Made by a program: the position numbers and the translations under genes. A DNA stretch of 64,000 bases from a virus (lineage: Duplodnaviria > Caudoviricetes): positions 1 through 64,000 of IMG/VR virus record IMGVR_UViG_3300029705_000100; one strand, written 5' to 3'. Below, piece after piece: positions 63,851-64,000 of this stretch. Within the stretch, counting starts at the first letter, position 1. Each line of letters opens with the position of its first letter. The notes beneath the pieces were generated by a model. It was not told the origin of the DNA, made no database searches, and worked only from the letters and a program-made list of their open reading frames with translations.

Positions 63851-64000
63851 ATGGCTGGTTATGTGACTAAGCTGATGGGCCACGTCTATGACGGCGCCTA
63901 TACTGCCGCCGAACCGCTGATCAACGGCGTGTTCGCAGAGATTACCGCAGACGGCGTCAAGAAGACTGCCGCCGCAAAGGACACCATCCTGCGCGTTGAG
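63851..64000 (+). CDS. Head decoration/capsid gene (partial)
   Basis: AGGAGG RBS, MAGYVTK...; follows scaffold; truncated by window edge. Confidence 0.55.
   Translation, partial: MAGYVTKLMGHVYDGAYTAAEPLINGVFAEITADGVKKTAAAKDTILRVE

Overview
Left end of a large temperate phage (Firmicutes/Clostridia-like host, inferred), integrated at the 3' end of a host tRNA-Lys(UUU). About 63.5 kb of the window is prophage, and it runs off the right edge in the head genes. Layout: a leftward nucleotide-metabolism/integration operon (0.6-8.4 kb); an AT-rich cargo island with IS256, IS66 and a group IIC intron (8.6-22.4 kb); a leftward replication operon (22.5-30.7 kb); a leftward early/accessory region (31-52.5 kb); and a rightward primase-to-head region (54.3-64 kb). 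Two systems stand out. (1) The phage appears to read TAG as leucine. I traced 38 in-frame TAG codons in 21 otherwise intact core genes, many at positions where the family has Leu. The phage also encodes a class II tRNA with Leu identity elements and a CUA anticodon (8357-8443). The supplied ORF track therefore fragments or misses many real genes. (2) A stand-alone reverse transcriptase (45663-46958) lies directly upstream of nine tandem ~150-bp units. Each unit has a conserved ~28-nt motif and a hairpin of variable sequence but conserved structure, and a tenth unit lies beyond two embedded genes. Also seen: a candidate type III hammerhead ribozyme, two candidate phage promoter/binding motifs, an intein in NrdD and a TNT-like NADase. 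All family assignments come from motif recognition by eye; no searches were run.
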